NCBI GenBank assembly: GCA_037129475.1
Contig: JBAXUY010000003.1
Location: 8,398 to 72,397, forward strand
DNA length: 64,000 nucleotides
From: Planctomycetia bacterium
GTDB lineage: Bacteria; Planctomycetota; Planctomycetia; Pirellulales; UBA1268
Direction: 5' to 3'
Each line of letters opens with the position of its first letter. Within the stretch, counting starts at the first letter, position 1. The translations under genes and the position numbers were made by a program. The notes under the pieces are model-generated. The model searched no databases, had not been told where the DNA came from, and saw only the letters and a program-made list of their open reading frames with translations. Of the stretch, positions 1-10,093 are shown one piece after another.

Positions 1-1104
1 GAGTCGCTCCTGCAGCTTTTCGCGGTCGTACTCGCTCTCCGTGGCGTCGATCTGGTTGCGGATCTGGTGCACGCGAGCCTGCACGTCGGCCTGCTTGCCG
101 GCCCCCTGCACGATCGTGGTCTCGCTCTTGTCGATGGTGATCGACTTCGCCTTGCCGAGGTGCGAGAGGTCGAGGCTTTCCAACGTCAGGCCGAGATCCT
201 CGCTGATCAGCGTGCCGCCGGTGAGCACGGCGATGTCGCCGAGCATCGCCTTGCGACGGTCGCCGAACCCGGGGGCCTTCGACGCGCAGATGTTGAGCAC
301 ACCGCGAAGCTTGTTCACCACGAGTGCGGTGAGGGCGTCTCCGTCGATGTCTTCGGCGATGATCAGGAACGGCTTGCCCGACTGGGCCACCTTCTCGAGC
401 AGCGGCAGGAGGTCCCGCAGATTCGAGATCTTCTTCTCGTGGATCAGGATCATCGCGTCGTCGAGCTGGCAGTCCATCTCGGCGGTGCGGTTGATGAAGT
501 AGGGGGAGATATAGCCCTTGTCGAACTGCATGCCGTCGACGAATCGAACGGTCGTGTCCATCGTCTTCCCTTCCTCGACGGTGATCACACCATCCTTGCC
601 CACCTTCTGCAGGGCCTCGGCGAGCAGGTCGCCGATCGCCCGGTCGTTGTTGGCGCTGATCGCGCCCACCTGGGCGATCTCCTCGGGCCGATCGACCTTC
701 TTGGCGATCTCCATGAGCCGACCCACCGCTGCCGCAACGCCCTTCTCGATGCCGCGTCGCACGGCGGTCGGATTGCTCCCCGCAGCCACCATCCGGGTGC
801 CCTCGCGGAAGATCGCCCGGGCGAGCACGGTCGCGGTGGTCGTGCCGTCGCCGGCGAGGTCGGAGGTCTTCGAGGCCACCTCGTTCACGAGTTTCGCGCC
901 CATGTTTTCAAACGGGTCCTCGAGATCCACCTCCTTGCTCACCGTCACGCCGTCCTTCGTGACCGTCGGGCCGCCGAACGACTTGTCGATGATCACGTTG
1001 CGGCCCGTCGGACCCATCGTCACGGCGACGGCACCGGCGAGCTTCTCGACGCCCTTGAGCAGCTTGGCGCGGGCGTTGTCATCGAACATCAGTTGCTTGG
1101 GCAC
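1..1104 (-). CDS. groEL: Chaperonin GroEL, copy 1 (3' end runs off the window)
   Basis: Reverse strand from 1104 reads (GTG)[94 protein letters not shown]...[16 protein letters not shown] start preceded by GAGGAGA. Open-ended, so absent from the ORF track; the + strand ORFs 67..1251 and 518..1708 are antisense artefacts. Confidence 0.93.
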   Translation of the reverse strand, partial: MPKQLMFDDNARAKLLKGVEKLAGAVAVTMGPTGRNVIIDKSFGGPTVTKDGVTVSKEVDLEDPFENMGAKLVNEVASKTSDLAGDGTTTATVLARAIFREGTRMVAAGSNPTAVRRGIEKGVAAAVGRLMEIAKKVDRPEEIAQVGAISANNDRAIGDLLAEALQKVGKDGVITVEEGKTMDTTVRFVDGMQFDKGYISPYFINRTAEMDCQLDDAMILIHEKKISNLRDLLPLLEKVAQSGKPFLIIAEDIDGDALTALVVNKLRGVLNICASKAPGFGDRRKAMLGDIAVLTGGTLISEDLGLTLESLDLSHLGKAKSITIDKSETTIVQGAGKQADVQARVHQIRNQIDATESEYDREKLQERL

Positions 1105-1164
1105 GGAACGGTCTCCTCGAAGTGGTGGGTTGTGGACGGTGGTTCAAGCACCCTCACCCCAGGC

Positions 1165-1185
1165 CCCTCTCCCAGCGGGAGAGGG
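1165..1185 (-). terminator. Perfect 9-bp stem / 3-nt loop hairpin between groES and groEL-1 (possible attenuator or processing site)
   Basis: CCCTCTCCC-AGC-GGGAGAGGG read directly. No U-run follows, so not a classical intrinsic terminator. Confidence 0.3.
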
Positions 1186-1204
1186 AAGGGAAAGCGGAAA
1201 GTGG

Positions 1205-1510
1205 TTAGCTCAAAACTTTGGCCAGGATGTCGGTCTCACGCAGGATCTTGACGTCGTGGCCATCGACCTCGATGTCGCTGCCGGAGTACTTGCCGTAGAT
1301 CACCTCGTCGCCGACCGAGACCGACAGGCTGGCACGCTGGCCGTTCTCGAGCAGTTTGCCAGGGCCCAGCGCCACCACGTGGCCGCGCTGCGGCTTCTCC
1401 TTGGCCGACTCGGGCAGCACGATGCCGCCGGCGGTCCGCTCTTCGGCCTCGACAGGCTCCACCACCACCCGGTCATCGAGCGGACGAATCTTCAAGTTCT
1501 TCGCAGCCAT
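1205..1510 (-). CDS. groES: Co-chaperonin GroES
   Basis: [51 protein letters not shown]... is the canonical Cpn10. Start taken at the internal Met (1510) of ORF 1205..1546; GGAGAGAG lies upstream. Confidence 0.93.
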   Translation of the reverse strand: MAAKNLKIRPLDDRVVVEPVEAEERTAGGIVLPESAKEKPQRGHVVALGPGKLLENGQRASLSVSVGDEVIYGKYSGSDIEVDGHDVKILRETDILAKVLS

Positions 1511-1565
1511 CAGAAACTCTCTCCAAAAAGGAAGGAAACGTTGCAAGTGTCGGGGTCGCTTTCGA

Positions 1566-3272
1566 TCACATCATGCCGGGCATGCCCATGCCGCCCATAC
1601 CACCCATGCCGCCGCCCATTCCGCCCATGCCACCCATGCCGCCACCCATGCCGTGATGGTCGTGGCCGTCGCCACCGGCCTCCTCCTCGGCCTTGGGGAT
1701 CTCGGTGATGAGCGACTCCGTCGTGAGCAGGAGCGCCGCCACGCTGGCGGCATTCTGGAGGGCCGTCCGCACGACCTTCGCGGGGTCGATCACGCCGGCG
1801 CTCACGAGGTCGCAATACTCCTCCTTGTCGGCGTCGTAGCCGTCGTTCTTGCCCTTCATGTGCCGGACACGATTGACCACCACGGGCCCGTCGACGCCCG
1901 CGTTGGCCGCGATCGCCTCGAGCGGATAACGCAGGGCGTTCTTCACGATCGACGCCCCGAGTTTCTCGTCGCCCTCGAGGTCGAGCTTCTCGATGCCCTT
2001 CTCGCTCCGCAGCAGGGCCACGCCGCCACCCGGCACGATGCCCTCCGCGAGGGCCGCCTGGGTCGCGCTCTTGGCGTCTTCGATAAGCGCCTTCCGCTCC
2101 TTCATCTCGGTCTCGGTCGCGGCGCCGACACTGATCTGGGCAACACCACCGGCCAGCTTGGCCAGCCGCTCCTGGAGCTTTTCGCGATCGTAGTCGCTCG
2201 TGGTCTTCTCGATTTCGTCACGGATCTGGGCGGCACGGCCGTCGATGGCGGACTTCGTGCCGGCCCCGCTGACGATCGTGGTGTTCTCGGCCTCGACGAT
2301 CACCTTCTTGGCGCGCCCCAGGTCGGCGAGTTTCACGGAGTCGAGGGCGATCCCGAGGTCCTTGAAGATCGCCTGCCCGCCGGTGAGGACGGCGAGGTCG
2401 CCGAGAATCGCCTTGCGGCGGTCGCCGTAGCCCGGGGCCTTCACGGCCACCGACTGGACGATGCCCCGGAGCTTGTTGACGACGAGCGTGGCGAGTGCCT
2501 CACCCTCCACGTCTTCGGCGATCACGACGAGCGGCTTGCCCGCCTTGCTGATCGCCTCGAGCAACGGCACCAGGTTCTTGGCGCTCGAGATCTTCTCCTC
2601 GAACAGCAGGATGTAGGGATTCTCGAATTCGCAGGTTTGGGAGTCGGCGTCGGTGACGAAATGAGGCGAGAGGAAGCCGCGGTCGAACTGCATGCCCTCG
2701 ACGACGTCGACCGTGGTCTCCGCCTGCTTGCCCTCCTCGACGGTGATCACGCCATCCTTGCCCACCTTGAGAATCGCCTCGGAGAGCACGTTACCGATCG
2801 TCGGGTCGTTGTTGCCCGCGATCGTCGCGATCTGCATCAGTTCCTTCTTGTTCTTCTCGTTGATCGGCGTCGCCATCGACAGGATCGATTTCGACACCGA
2901 TTCCACCGCCTTGTGGATGCCGCGGGCCAGAGCCATCGGGTCGGCGCCGGCGGCGATCATCTTGAGCCCCTCGCGGAAGATCGCTTCGGCCAGGACCGTG
3001 GCCGTGGTGGTGCCGTCGCCAGCCACGTCGTTGGTCTTGCTGGCCGCCTCCTTCACGAGTTGGGCACCGAGATTTTCGTAGGGGTCCTCGAGGTCGATGT
3101 CTTCCGCAACCGTGACGCCGTCCTTGGTGACCTTCGGTGAGCCCCAGCCCTTGTCGAGCACTGCGTTGCGGCCACGCGGGCCGAGCGTGCTCTTCACCGC
3201 GCGGGCGAGTTTCGAGACGCCGGCGAGCAGCGGCTGACGGGCCTCATCGTCGAACACCATTTGCTTGGCCAC
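1566..3272 (-). CDS. groEL: Chaperonin GroEL, copy 2, with His-rich + GGM-repeat C-terminal tail
   Basis: (GTG)[94 protein letters not shown]..., tail [38 protein letters not shown] at 3272 preceded by AAGGAG; the longer ORF to 3431 is an upstream extension. Confidence 0.95.
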   Translation of the reverse strand: MAKQMVFDDEARQPLLAGVSKLARAVKSTLGPRGRNAVLDKGWGSPKVTKDGVTVAEDIDLEDPYENLGAQLVKEAASKTNDVAGDGTTTATVLAEAIFREGLKMIAAGADPMALARGIHKAVESVSKSILSMATPINEKNKKELMQIATIAGNNDPTIGNVLSEAILKVGKDGVITVEEGKQAETTVDVVEGMQFDRGFLSPHFVTDADSQTCEFENPYILLFEEKISSAKNLVPLLEAISKAGKPLVVIAEDVEGEALATLVVNKLRGIVQSVAVKAPGYGDRRKAILGDLAVLTGGQAIFKDLGIALDSVKLADLGRAKKVIVEAENTTIVSGAGTKSAIDGRAAQIRDEIEKTTSDYDREKLQERLAKLAGGVAQISVGAATETEMKERKALIEDAKSATQAALAEGIVPGGGVALLRSEKGIEKLDLEGDEKLGASIVKNALRYPLEAIAANAGVDGPVVVNRVRHMKGKNDGYDADKEEYCDLVSAGVIDPAKVVRTALQNAASVAALLLTTESLITEIPKAEEEAGGDGHDHHGMGGGMGGMGGMGGGMGGMGGMGMPGMM

Positions 3273-3363
3273 GATGCACTCCTTCGGAAACAGGTCGGCG
3301 GAACACGGGGGCCGGAAACCCCAACGGGTTTGGCAGCCTACAACAGCATGGGCCGAAGGGGGA

Positions 3364-3379
3364 GCAACCGGCGTGCCAA
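3364..3379 (-). promoter_or_regulatory. Candidate sigma-54 (-24/-12) promoter for groEL-2
   Basis: Minus strand reads TTGGCACGCCGGTTGCT, against consensus YTGGCACGrNNNTTGCW. It is intergenic, correctly oriented, and ~92 nt upstream of the groEL-2 GTG. Confidence 0.5.
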
Positions 3380-3484
3380 AGCCGAGCGGCAGGCGTGATG
3401 GTCGGCAAAACCGGCCCCCGCCGCATGACACCGGCCACGCGTGGATCCTCGGGCGTGCCGTTTTGGCAGAACCGGCACCGGACT

Positions 3485-4006
3485 TCAGTCGTGGCAGTTG
3501 AGCACGAAGCTGAACAGCGTGCCGGAGCCCGGATCGAGCACCACGGCCCAGTCGAAACTGATCGGGTAGGGCTCATCCGACAGCCCTTGGCCCATGGCGA
3601 CGTCGACCGCCCGCTCGTCGAAGAACGCGCGGATCGTGGCCACTGCATCGGGCCGGTCGGCGTGATCCTCGATCATGGCGGGGAGATCGAACGCCGACAC
3701 CTCGCGTGTGAGACGCACGCGGCCGCGGGCGCACTCCTGAATCAGGGTGCGGTGGTCGTTCGGTAGCAGAGGCAGCAGTTTGGCCAGCGAGCCGGGCAGT
3801 TTGGTGAGATCGCACGGCGTGCTCTGGGCAGCGGTGCCGGGAATGTCGCTTTCCACGAGGCGATTGACGGCTTTCGTGAGGGCCCGAGGCGCGACGCACG
3901 CGGGGTGGTCGGCGGCCACCACGAAGGTGGAATGCGGTGCGGGGGCTGCGATCAGCACGCCCCAGCAGGCGAAAAGACGAGCGAGACGACGAAAGGGGCG
4001 ATGCAT
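3485..4006 (-). CDS. Hypothetical secreted protein
   Basis: ORF 3485..4066. Start chosen at [23 protein letters not shown] (signal-peptide-like), preceded by GGAGG. No family recognised. Confidence 0.5.
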   Translation of the reverse strand: MHRPFRRLARLFACWGVLIAAPAPHSTFVVAADHPACVAPRALTKAVNRLVESDIPGTAAQSTPCDLTKLPGSLAKLLPLLPNDHRTLIQECARGRVRLTREVSAFDLPAMIEDHADRPDAVATIRAFFDERAVDVAMGQGLSDEPYPISFDWAVVLDPGSGTLFSFVLNCHD

Positions 4007-4400
4007 GTGTGAACCTCCGGGTTTTGTCCTAAGGAGGTAAACGGGAGCGGTGGCGGCGAGGGGCAACTCGATGGCGGGATCAGCCGGTTGATCCGTTATT
4101 CCGGCCGCATTGCGTCGTATCGCGTCGCGTGCTATTCTTGAGTTCGTTCGGAAACGATGAGGGCAGTCGGTCGGCGGTTTGCCGACTTTGTCACTGCCGC
4201 GATCGCAACTTCTCGCAGCGGTCGCCCTCCGGTTGACGTCTGGCTCACGCCCGACTCCTGGGAAGGGTGACGGTTCGGCAGGCCGTGATCCATCGCCGGG
4301 ATCGCCTTGCCGTCGTGGCTCTGCCCCTGTTTTCCGCGCCTGTTCTGCGTTTCTTCACCAGGAAAAACCTGTCTTGAACTCCACACCTGTCTCGAATTCC

Positions 4401-5744
4401 ATGCCCACGTTCGCCGATCTCGGCCTGTCGTCCGTCACGCTCCGCGCACTGGCCGACGAGGGCTACACCGTCCCGACGCCGATCCAGGCCAAGGCCATTC
4501 CCCACGTGCTCGCCGGACGCGACCTCTTTGGGTGCGCCCAAACGGGCACTGGCAAGACCGCCGCTTTCACGCTGCCCATCATCGAGCGGCTGCTCGCCGC
4601 ACCGGGCCGTGCCGCTGCGCGCCGCTGCCGGGTGCTCGTGCTGGCTCCCACGCGGGAACTCGCCGCCCAGATCCACCAGAGCGTGCGGGCCTACGGCCGG
4701 CACACCCGCCTCACCGCGGCGGTCGTGTATGGCGGCGTGGGCCAGCGTCCCCAGGCCGACGCGCTCGCGCAGGGCGTTGACGTGCTCGTGGCGACGCCCG
4801 GCCGGCTGCTCGACCTCATCGGCCAGCGGCTCGCCGACATGCGCGCGGTCGAATGCCTCGTGCTCGACGAGGCCGACAGGATGCTCGACATGGGGTTCAT
4901 CCACGACGTGCGCCGGATCGTCGGCATGCTCCCCACCGACCGCCAGACGCTCTTCTTCTCGGCCACGCTGCCGGCCGAGGTGCGATCGCTCGCCGATTCG
5001 ATGCTCCGCGATCCGCTCGAGGTGAAGACGGCGCCGCAGGCGACGTCGGCCGAGACCGTCACCCAGTCGGTGTACCACGTGGCCAAGCAGGAGAAGAAGC
5101 AGCGGCTCGTGCAATTGCTGCGCGAGGAGCCGATGTCGCGCGTGATCGTGTTCACGCGCACGAAGCACGGTGCCGACAAACTGCACCGCGACCTCGACAA
5201 GGCCGGCATCACGGCGGCGGCGATCCACGGCAACAAATCGCAGAACCAGCGGGAGCGGGCGCTGGCGGCATTCAAGTCGCCACGGCCGCCGGTGCTGATC
5301 GCGACCGACATCGCGGCCCGCGGGATCGACGTCGACGACGTGTCGCACGTGGTGAACTACGAACTGCCCCACGAGCCGGAAACCTACGTGCACCGCATCG
5401 GCCGCACGGGCCGGGCCGGCCAGTCGGGCACGGCGGTGAGCTTCTGCGACCATGAAGAGCGCCCGCGGCTGGCCGCGATCGAACGGCTCATCCGGATGAA
5501 GATTCCCGCCGAAAACGCGCCGGAGGGCATTGCGGCGAATGAGCCGTCGGGCCCGCGCCACGGTGAACGCGGTTCGCACGGCAGGCGCGACAGTCAGTCC
5601 CGCGGCCGGCAGCGCCGTGGTGGTGGCTCGCGCCGGAGCGAGCGATCGTCCGGGGCGGACCGTCGGGAGCGACCACAGCCGGCGGCCGCAGGGCCGGCCA
5701 CGCTCGCGCGACCCCCGCGACGCAAGCACCGCCGCGCTTTGTAG
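4401..5744 (+). CDS. rhlE: DEAD-box ATP-dependent RNA helicase (RhlE-like) with Arg/Gly-rich C-terminal tail
   Basis: MPTFADLGLSSVTLRALADEGYTVPTPIQAKAIP (Q motif), AQTGTGKT, DEAD (LVLDEADRMLDMGF), SAT, HRIGRTGRAG. Start at the internal Met of ORF 4179..5744. The mirror ORF 4245..5810(-) is antisense noise. Confidence 0.9.
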   Translation: MPTFADLGLSSVTLRALADEGYTVPTPIQAKAIPHVLAGRDLFGCAQTGTGKTAAFTLPIIERLLAAPGRAAARRCRVLVLAPTRELAAQIHQSVRAYGRHTRLTAAVVYGGVGQRPQADALAQGVDVLVATPGRLLDLIGQRLADMRAVECLVLDEADRMLDMGFIHDVRRIVGMLPTDRQTLFFSATLPAEVRSLADSMLRDPLEVKTAPQATSAETVTQSVYHVAKQEKKQRLVQLLREEPMSRVIVFTRTKHGADKLHRDLDKAGITAAAIHGNKSQNQRERALAAFKSPRPPVLIATDIAARGIDVDDVSHVVNYELPHEPETYVHRIGRTGRAGQSGTAVSFCDHEERPRLAAIERLIRMKIPAENAPEGIAANEPSGPRHGERGSHGRRDSQSRGRQRRGGGSRRSERSSGADRRERPQPAAAGPATLARPPRRKHRRAL

Positions 5745-5795
5745 CGACTGGCCTCCAGGCCTGTCGGATGGACAGAGCTGGAGCTCTGTCCCTAC
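5741..5795 (+). repeat. 55-bp double-hairpin REP-like element, single copy
   Basis: GTAGCGACTGGCCTCCAGGCCTGTCGGATGGACAGAGCTGGAGCTCTGTCCCTAC. It has two adjacent GC-rich hairpins and lies between convergent helicase and M42 peptidase. The helicase TAG stop (5742-5744) is inside the element terminus. Confidence 0.85.
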
Positions 5796-5840
5796 GGGTG
5801 GCGTCGGCACCCCGTGCGCATGCCGGCTCGACTGCCTGCC

Positions 5841-6902
5841 TCACGGGGCCCAGTCGATCGTGCCTTCGAGGCCGCGGACGAATGCCGCGAGCAGATCGGC
5901 GGCGCGGTCGGCGTCGTCGAGCGAGATCGTCTCGACGGCCGAGTGCATGTAGCGATTCGGCACGCTCACGAGGCCCGTGGCCACGCCAGCCCGCGTGGTC
6001 TGCAGCACGTTCGCATCCGTCGGCGTGGCCCGGCCGCTGGCGGCGAGTTGGATCGGGATCTCCTTGGCCTTGCCGGCCGCGAGCAGCCGATCGACGACGT
6101 GCGGGTTCATGTTCGGGCCGCGGTACACCACCGGCCCCTTGCCGAGGCCGATGTCGCCCTCCGACTTCTTGTCGATCGTGGGGCAGTCGGTGGCGTGCGT
6201 GACGTCGACGGCGATGGCCACGTGCGGATCGACGCCGTGGGCACTCGTCTGCGCACCACGCAGGCCGATCTCCTCCTGCACGGTCGAGGCCACGTAGAGC
6301 GCACAGGGCAGGGGGCCGGCCTGGGCCGCGCGGCGAAACGCCTCGAGCACCACCCACAGGCCGATCTTGTCGTCCATCGCGACGGAGCAGGCGCGGTTGT
6401 TGCGGAGCGGCTGGAACTTCAGCTCGAACGTCACGCAGTCGCCCACGCGGACCTCGCTCTCGGCGTCGGCCTTGTCGGGTGAGCCGATGTCGATCCACAG
6501 ATCCTTCATCTTGGGCACGACCTTCCGCTCCTCTTCCGTGAGCAGGTGGATCGGCTTGCGGGCGATCACGCCCGGCACGGGCCCCGACGCCGTCCAGATC
6601 ACGACCCGCGAGCCCACGAGCTGCATCGGGTCCCAGCCGCCGATGGGCTGCACGGAGATGTAGCCGTCGGCGTCGATGTATTGCACGATCAGGCCGATCT
6701 GGTCGCAGTGGCCGGCGAGGAGCATCCGCGTGGGAGCACCCGCGTTCTTCGCACCGATCACGTTGCCGTGGGCGTCGGTCTGAATCGTGTCGGCAACGCC
6801 GGCGAGATAGTCGCGCACGACCCGTTGGATCGGCTGCTCGTAGCCCGATGGGCTTGGGGTCTCGAGGAGACGGACGAGAAACTCACGGGCGGCTGATTCC
6901 AC
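5841..6902 (-). CDS. M42 family metallopeptidase (FrvX/YsdC-like aminopeptidase)
   Basis: 353 aa. The pattern ...AGHCDQIGLIVQYIDADGYISVQPIGGWDP..., AMDDKIGLWVVLEA, STVQEEIGLRGA, VDVTHATD is typical of the M42 family. Confidence 0.82.
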   Translation of the reverse strand: MESAAREFLVRLLETPSPSGYEQPIQRVVRDYLAGVADTIQTDAHGNVIGAKNAGAPTRMLLAGHCDQIGLIVQYIDADGYISVQPIGGWDPMQLVGSRVVIWTASGPVPGVIARKPIHLLTEEERKVVPKMKDLWIDIGSPDKADAESEVRVGDCVTFELKFQPLRNNRACSVAMDDKIGLWVVLEAFRRAAQAGPLPCALYVASTVQEEIGLRGAQTSAHGVDPHVAIAVDVTHATDCPTIDKKSEGDIGLGKGPVVYRGPNMNPHVVDRLLAAGKAKEIPIQLAASGRATPTDANVLQTTRAGVATGLVSVPNRYMHSAVETISLDDADRAADLLAAFVRGLEGTIDWAP

Positions 6903-6956
6903 GGCGATGCTCCAGAAGGGGCTGTGCCCGCAGCGATTGCCGCGGCTCGGCGACCG

Positions 6957-8549
6957 TTATACCCGCAGCGAGGCTGAGCGGGATCTCGCGGGCTGATGCG
7001 GCGGGGCCAGTGTGGCCCCGAGCGCATCCTCGGTCCCTGCGGCCGACGTGGGCACATAGTCGCGGATGTCGGCGCGGCGCATCGTGAGCCAGTAGGTCGC
7101 CGAGAGCCCCGGCCAAAGGGCGACGTTGCGGCCGCCGGGCCTGGCATACCAGCTCGTGCAGGGCAGTTGCCAGGGGCTGCCCTGCGTCTGGCGCCACACG
7201 GTGCGGGCGAAGCGCGCCTGGAGGCGGTCATTGTACGCCCGCTGCACGTCCTCACGCACTTCGACCTGCGCGAGCCGCCCCGTGTCGAGCCACCGCAGAC
7301 ACTGCATGACGTACCGCACCTGGGTCTCGATCATGAACACGATCGAGTTGTGCCCGAGCCCCGAGTTCGGCCCCATGAGCAGGAAATAATTCGGGTAGCC
7401 TGCGACCGCCACCCCCCGGAAGGCCTGTGGCCCATCGCGCCAGTCGTCGGCGAGGCTTCGGCCCTCGCGGCCCCGCACCGCGATCGTGGCGGCGGCGTTG
7501 AACGGTTCGAACCCGGTGGCGTGGATGATCACGTCGCAGGGATGCTCGCGGCCGTCGGCGGTCACGATCGCCCGTGGCGTCACCTCCCGGATCGGCTCGG
7601 TGACGAGTTCGACGTTGGGCCGCGTCATCGTCGCGTAGAAGTCGTCGGAGAGCAGCACGCGCTTGCAGCCGAGCGTATAGAAGGGATTGAGCTTGAGCCG
7701 CAGCGTCGGATCGGCGATCTCCCGCTCCTTGAAGTCGGCGGAACGCCTCTGCCCGCGCCCCATCAGCTTCGGCTTGTAGGCCAGGCCGAGGCCGACCGAC
7801 TCCGCCTGCCAATACTGGAGACTCCGCCAGAGTCGGAGCGCCCCGGGCATCACCCGGAACATCGTCCGCGTGACCCTCGACACCGGCCGGTCGCGCCGTG
7901 GCAGGATCCAGGGTGGCGACCGCTGGAACACCGTGAGCCGGCCGACCGTGGCGGCGATCTCGGGGATGAACTGGATGGCGCTCGCACCGGAGCCGATCAC
8001 GGCCACCGCGCGTCCGGCGAGGTCGACGTCGTGCCGCCAGCGCGCGCAGTGGAACGACACGCCCTCGAAGGATCCGCTGCCGGGAAGGTCGGGCACCTTC
8101 GGCACGTGCAGCGCTCCCACCGCCGAGACGACCACCCGCGCGGTGAACGTGCGGCCGTCGCGGCCGATGAGCCGCCAGCATCGCGTGGCCTCGTCCCAGG
8201 CAAGGCTGTCGATCGGCGTGTCGAACCGGATGTGACGGACGACGTCGTACCTGGCCGCGACGCCCTGGAGGTAGGTCAGGATCTCAGGCTGCCTCGCGTA
8301 GGCCCGCGACCAGTGCGGATTCTGCGCGAACGAATAGGAGTAGAGATGCGAAGGCACGTCGCAGCCGCACCCGGGATAGGTGTTGTCGCGCCAGGTACCG
8401 CCGAGCGCGGAGGCCTTCTCGAAGATCACGATGTCGTCGCGACCGGCCTCGAGCAACTTGATCGCCATGCAGATACCGGCGAACCCGGCGCCGAGAATCG
8501 CGACGCCGATGTCGACCGGAGCCGGTCGTGTGTGCGAAGAGCGCGTCAT
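6957..8549 (-). CDS. FAD-dependent flavin-containing / Baeyer-Villiger-type monooxygenase
   Basis: VAILGAGFAGICMAIKL (GxGxxG), GGTWRDNTYPGCGCDVPSHLYSYSF, and a second dinucleotide motif VAVIGSGASAIQ. Start at MTRSSH (8549) within ORF 6957..8807. Confidence 0.8.
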   Translation of the reverse strand: MTRSSHTRPAPVDIGVAILGAGFAGICMAIKLLEAGRDDIVIFEKASALGGTWRDNTYPGCGCDVPSHLYSYSFAQNPHWSRAYARQPEILTYLQGVAARYDVVRHIRFDTPIDSLAWDEATRCWRLIGRDGRTFTARVVVSAVGALHVPKVPDLPGSGSFEGVSFHCARWRHDVDLAGRAVAVIGSGASAIQFIPEIAATVGRLTVFQRSPPWILPRRDRPVSRVTRTMFRVMPGALRLWRSLQYWQAESVGLGLAYKPKLMGRGQRRSADFKEREIADPTLRLKLNPFYTLGCKRVLLSDDFYATMTRPNVELVTEPIREVTPRAIVTADGREHPCDVIIHATGFEPFNAAATIAVRGREGRSLADDWRDGPQAFRGVAVAGYPNYFLLMGPNSGLGHNSIVFMIETQVRYVMQCLRWLDTGRLAQVEVREDVQRAYNDRLQARFARTVWRQTQGSPWQLPCTSWYARPGGRNVALWPGLSATYWLTMRRADIRDYVPTSAAGTEDALGATLAPPHQPARSRSASLRV

Positions 8550-9005
8550 GAGGGCGCGAGCGTACGCGGCGGCGGTCGAATCGACAATACGGTCGTCAGG
8601 GTGGATGGTTCGGCGACCATCGACGCAGAACAACCTCCGCGTTTCCCGCGGTCGGCCGGTTGAAAAAGGCCCGGGAGGGCAACTCTGTTCGGCACGACAC
8701 CTGCCGGATGCGGGAGGAGGACGGGTTTGGGCCTGTCTGTGTTCACAGGACATCTCGGCTCCTGCCGAACGTCGCTTGGCCGGCCTCCGCCGGCTGGTGA
8801 TCACCAAGGCCTCCCGCCCCGATGCTGTCCACCCGTTGCTCCTGGGAGGAGATGATTGGAAGCGTAAGCGAAGGTCGGGGTCGGCTCCCTGAAGAATTTC
8901 GCGCCCGTGCAGCGGCGTCGGCGACGAGCTTCACATCCCGTGCCGAACCGGATCGCGTGGGATGGCTTTTTCGTGGACGGTCTGGACGCGGGGCGGTCGT
9001 GTCGC

Positions 9006-9836
9006 TCAGGTCTGCATACCGAGCAGGGGGAAGCCGTTTCGTAGCAGGTCGCTCCGAATGCCCTCCAGGGTGCCGCCGATGCTCTCCAGAAACTCGAGTC
9101 TGCGGGGATCGTCTGAATGTACGGCCACGAAGTTCCAGCAGAGCTCCCCGCGACGTTCAGTCCAATGATCCTCCGTGCATGGCGTGCCGAAAACATCAAA
9201 AAGCATGTACCCACGTTGCCGGAACCATTCGAAGAACTCGGATCTGTCGTATCCAAAAGACGCGGCGGCGCGCGGCAGCGAATTCTCGAAAACGATGAAT
9301 GGCGTGTGCTCCGTCACCAAGCCTTTGGCCCCTTTGAGGGCGGAAAACTCGGCGCCTTCCACGTCAAGCTTGATGAACGCGATTCTCCGGTGACCGATGC
9401 CAAGCCTGGCGACCGCGGCATCGAGCGTCGTGACGGGAACACGGATGCTCTCGACGGCATAGCCATCGAGATGGTCTGGCGACAGGGAGCTGATCCAACG
9501 CCGATTCTTCACGTGGTAGAACGGGACGTCGGCACCCTGTTGATCAGCGACGCAGGCAGCCACGACGGCTACGTTGGAATGGGGGTAACGCGTGCGTAGC
9601 GCCTGATGGATGAAAGGAATCGGCTCGAAGCCGATCACAAGGCCGTGTGGTCCGGCCGCTGCAAGCATGCATGCGAGCATCCGGCCATCGGCCGCGCCAC
9701 AGTCAATCGCCGCATCTCCGGCGTGTACAAAACGCGCGATGAGCCGCTCGATCACCCGTTCTGCAAGCTCGCCGCCCTTGATGCCGAACTTGCCGGAGTT
9801 CATTCCCAGCCAGTCCGGACGGCCGTCGGTGCTCAT
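9006..9836 (-). CDS. FkbM family SAM-dependent methyltransferase
   Basis: AIDCGAADGRML..., IAFIKLDVEGAEFSALKGA... is the FkbM/Methyltransf_21 signature. Confidence 0.75.
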   Translation of the reverse strand: MSTDGRPDWLGMNSGKFGIKGGELAERVIERLIARFVHAGDAAIDCGAADGRMLACMLAAAGPHGLVIGFEPIPFIHQALRTRYPHSNVAVVAACVADQQGADVPFYHVKNRRWISSLSPDHLDGYAVESIRVPVTTLDAAVARLGIGHRRIAFIKLDVEGAEFSALKGAKGLVTEHTPFIVFENSLPRAAASFGYDRSEFFEWFRQRGYMLFDVFGTPCTEDHWTERRGELCWNFVAVHSDDPRRLEFLESIGGTLEGIRSDLLRNGFPLLGMQT

Positions 9837-10093
9837 GGCATTGTCCGTGGAGTGTCACCGGCGAGGGCTCGGTTGGGACCCCACCGGGCCGCGAGTTTAC
9901 CATTGGGACGGCACGTTGCTTGGGGGCGGCGGGGCCAACACCCTCGAGACGTGGCCGCCCTCCCGACCGTCACGATCGTCACGCGCCACGCGGCGGTGAT
10001 TGCCGTCTGCGCTTTCGGGCGAAGAGCGGCCTCATTACGATCGAGGGCTGACGGTAGGTGCCTGATGCCCAGGCCAGCCGTGAGGAGCCGCGG

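Noticed and set aside
3273-3484. Expected a CIRCE (TTAGCACTC-N9-GAGTGCTAA) HrcA operator upstream of the chaperonin genes. I also checked 1105-1204 and 1511-1565.
   Set aside because: Reading both strands, I found nothing resembling the CIRCE inverted repeat.
4245-5810. Very long ORFs antisense or out of frame to confident genes. Examples: 4245..5810(-), 67..1251(+), 1356..3140(+), 16325..18208(-), 30342..32144(-), 32126..33634(-), 46375..49152(-), 36175..37398(-), 58499..59776(+).
   Set aside because: Their translations are Arg/Ala/Gly/Pro-rich low-complexity with no family motifs. Each overlaps a gene with strong family signatures on the other strand or frame. This is the classic stop-codon-poor artefact of high-GC DNA.
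8550-9005. 456-bp gap between the monooxygenase and the FkbM methyltransferase, which might hide a small gene or RNA.
   Set aside because: Only short ORFs with low-complexity translations occur there (for example 8743..8934). I recognised no tRNA-like, riboswitch-like or repeat structure. It is left unannotated.
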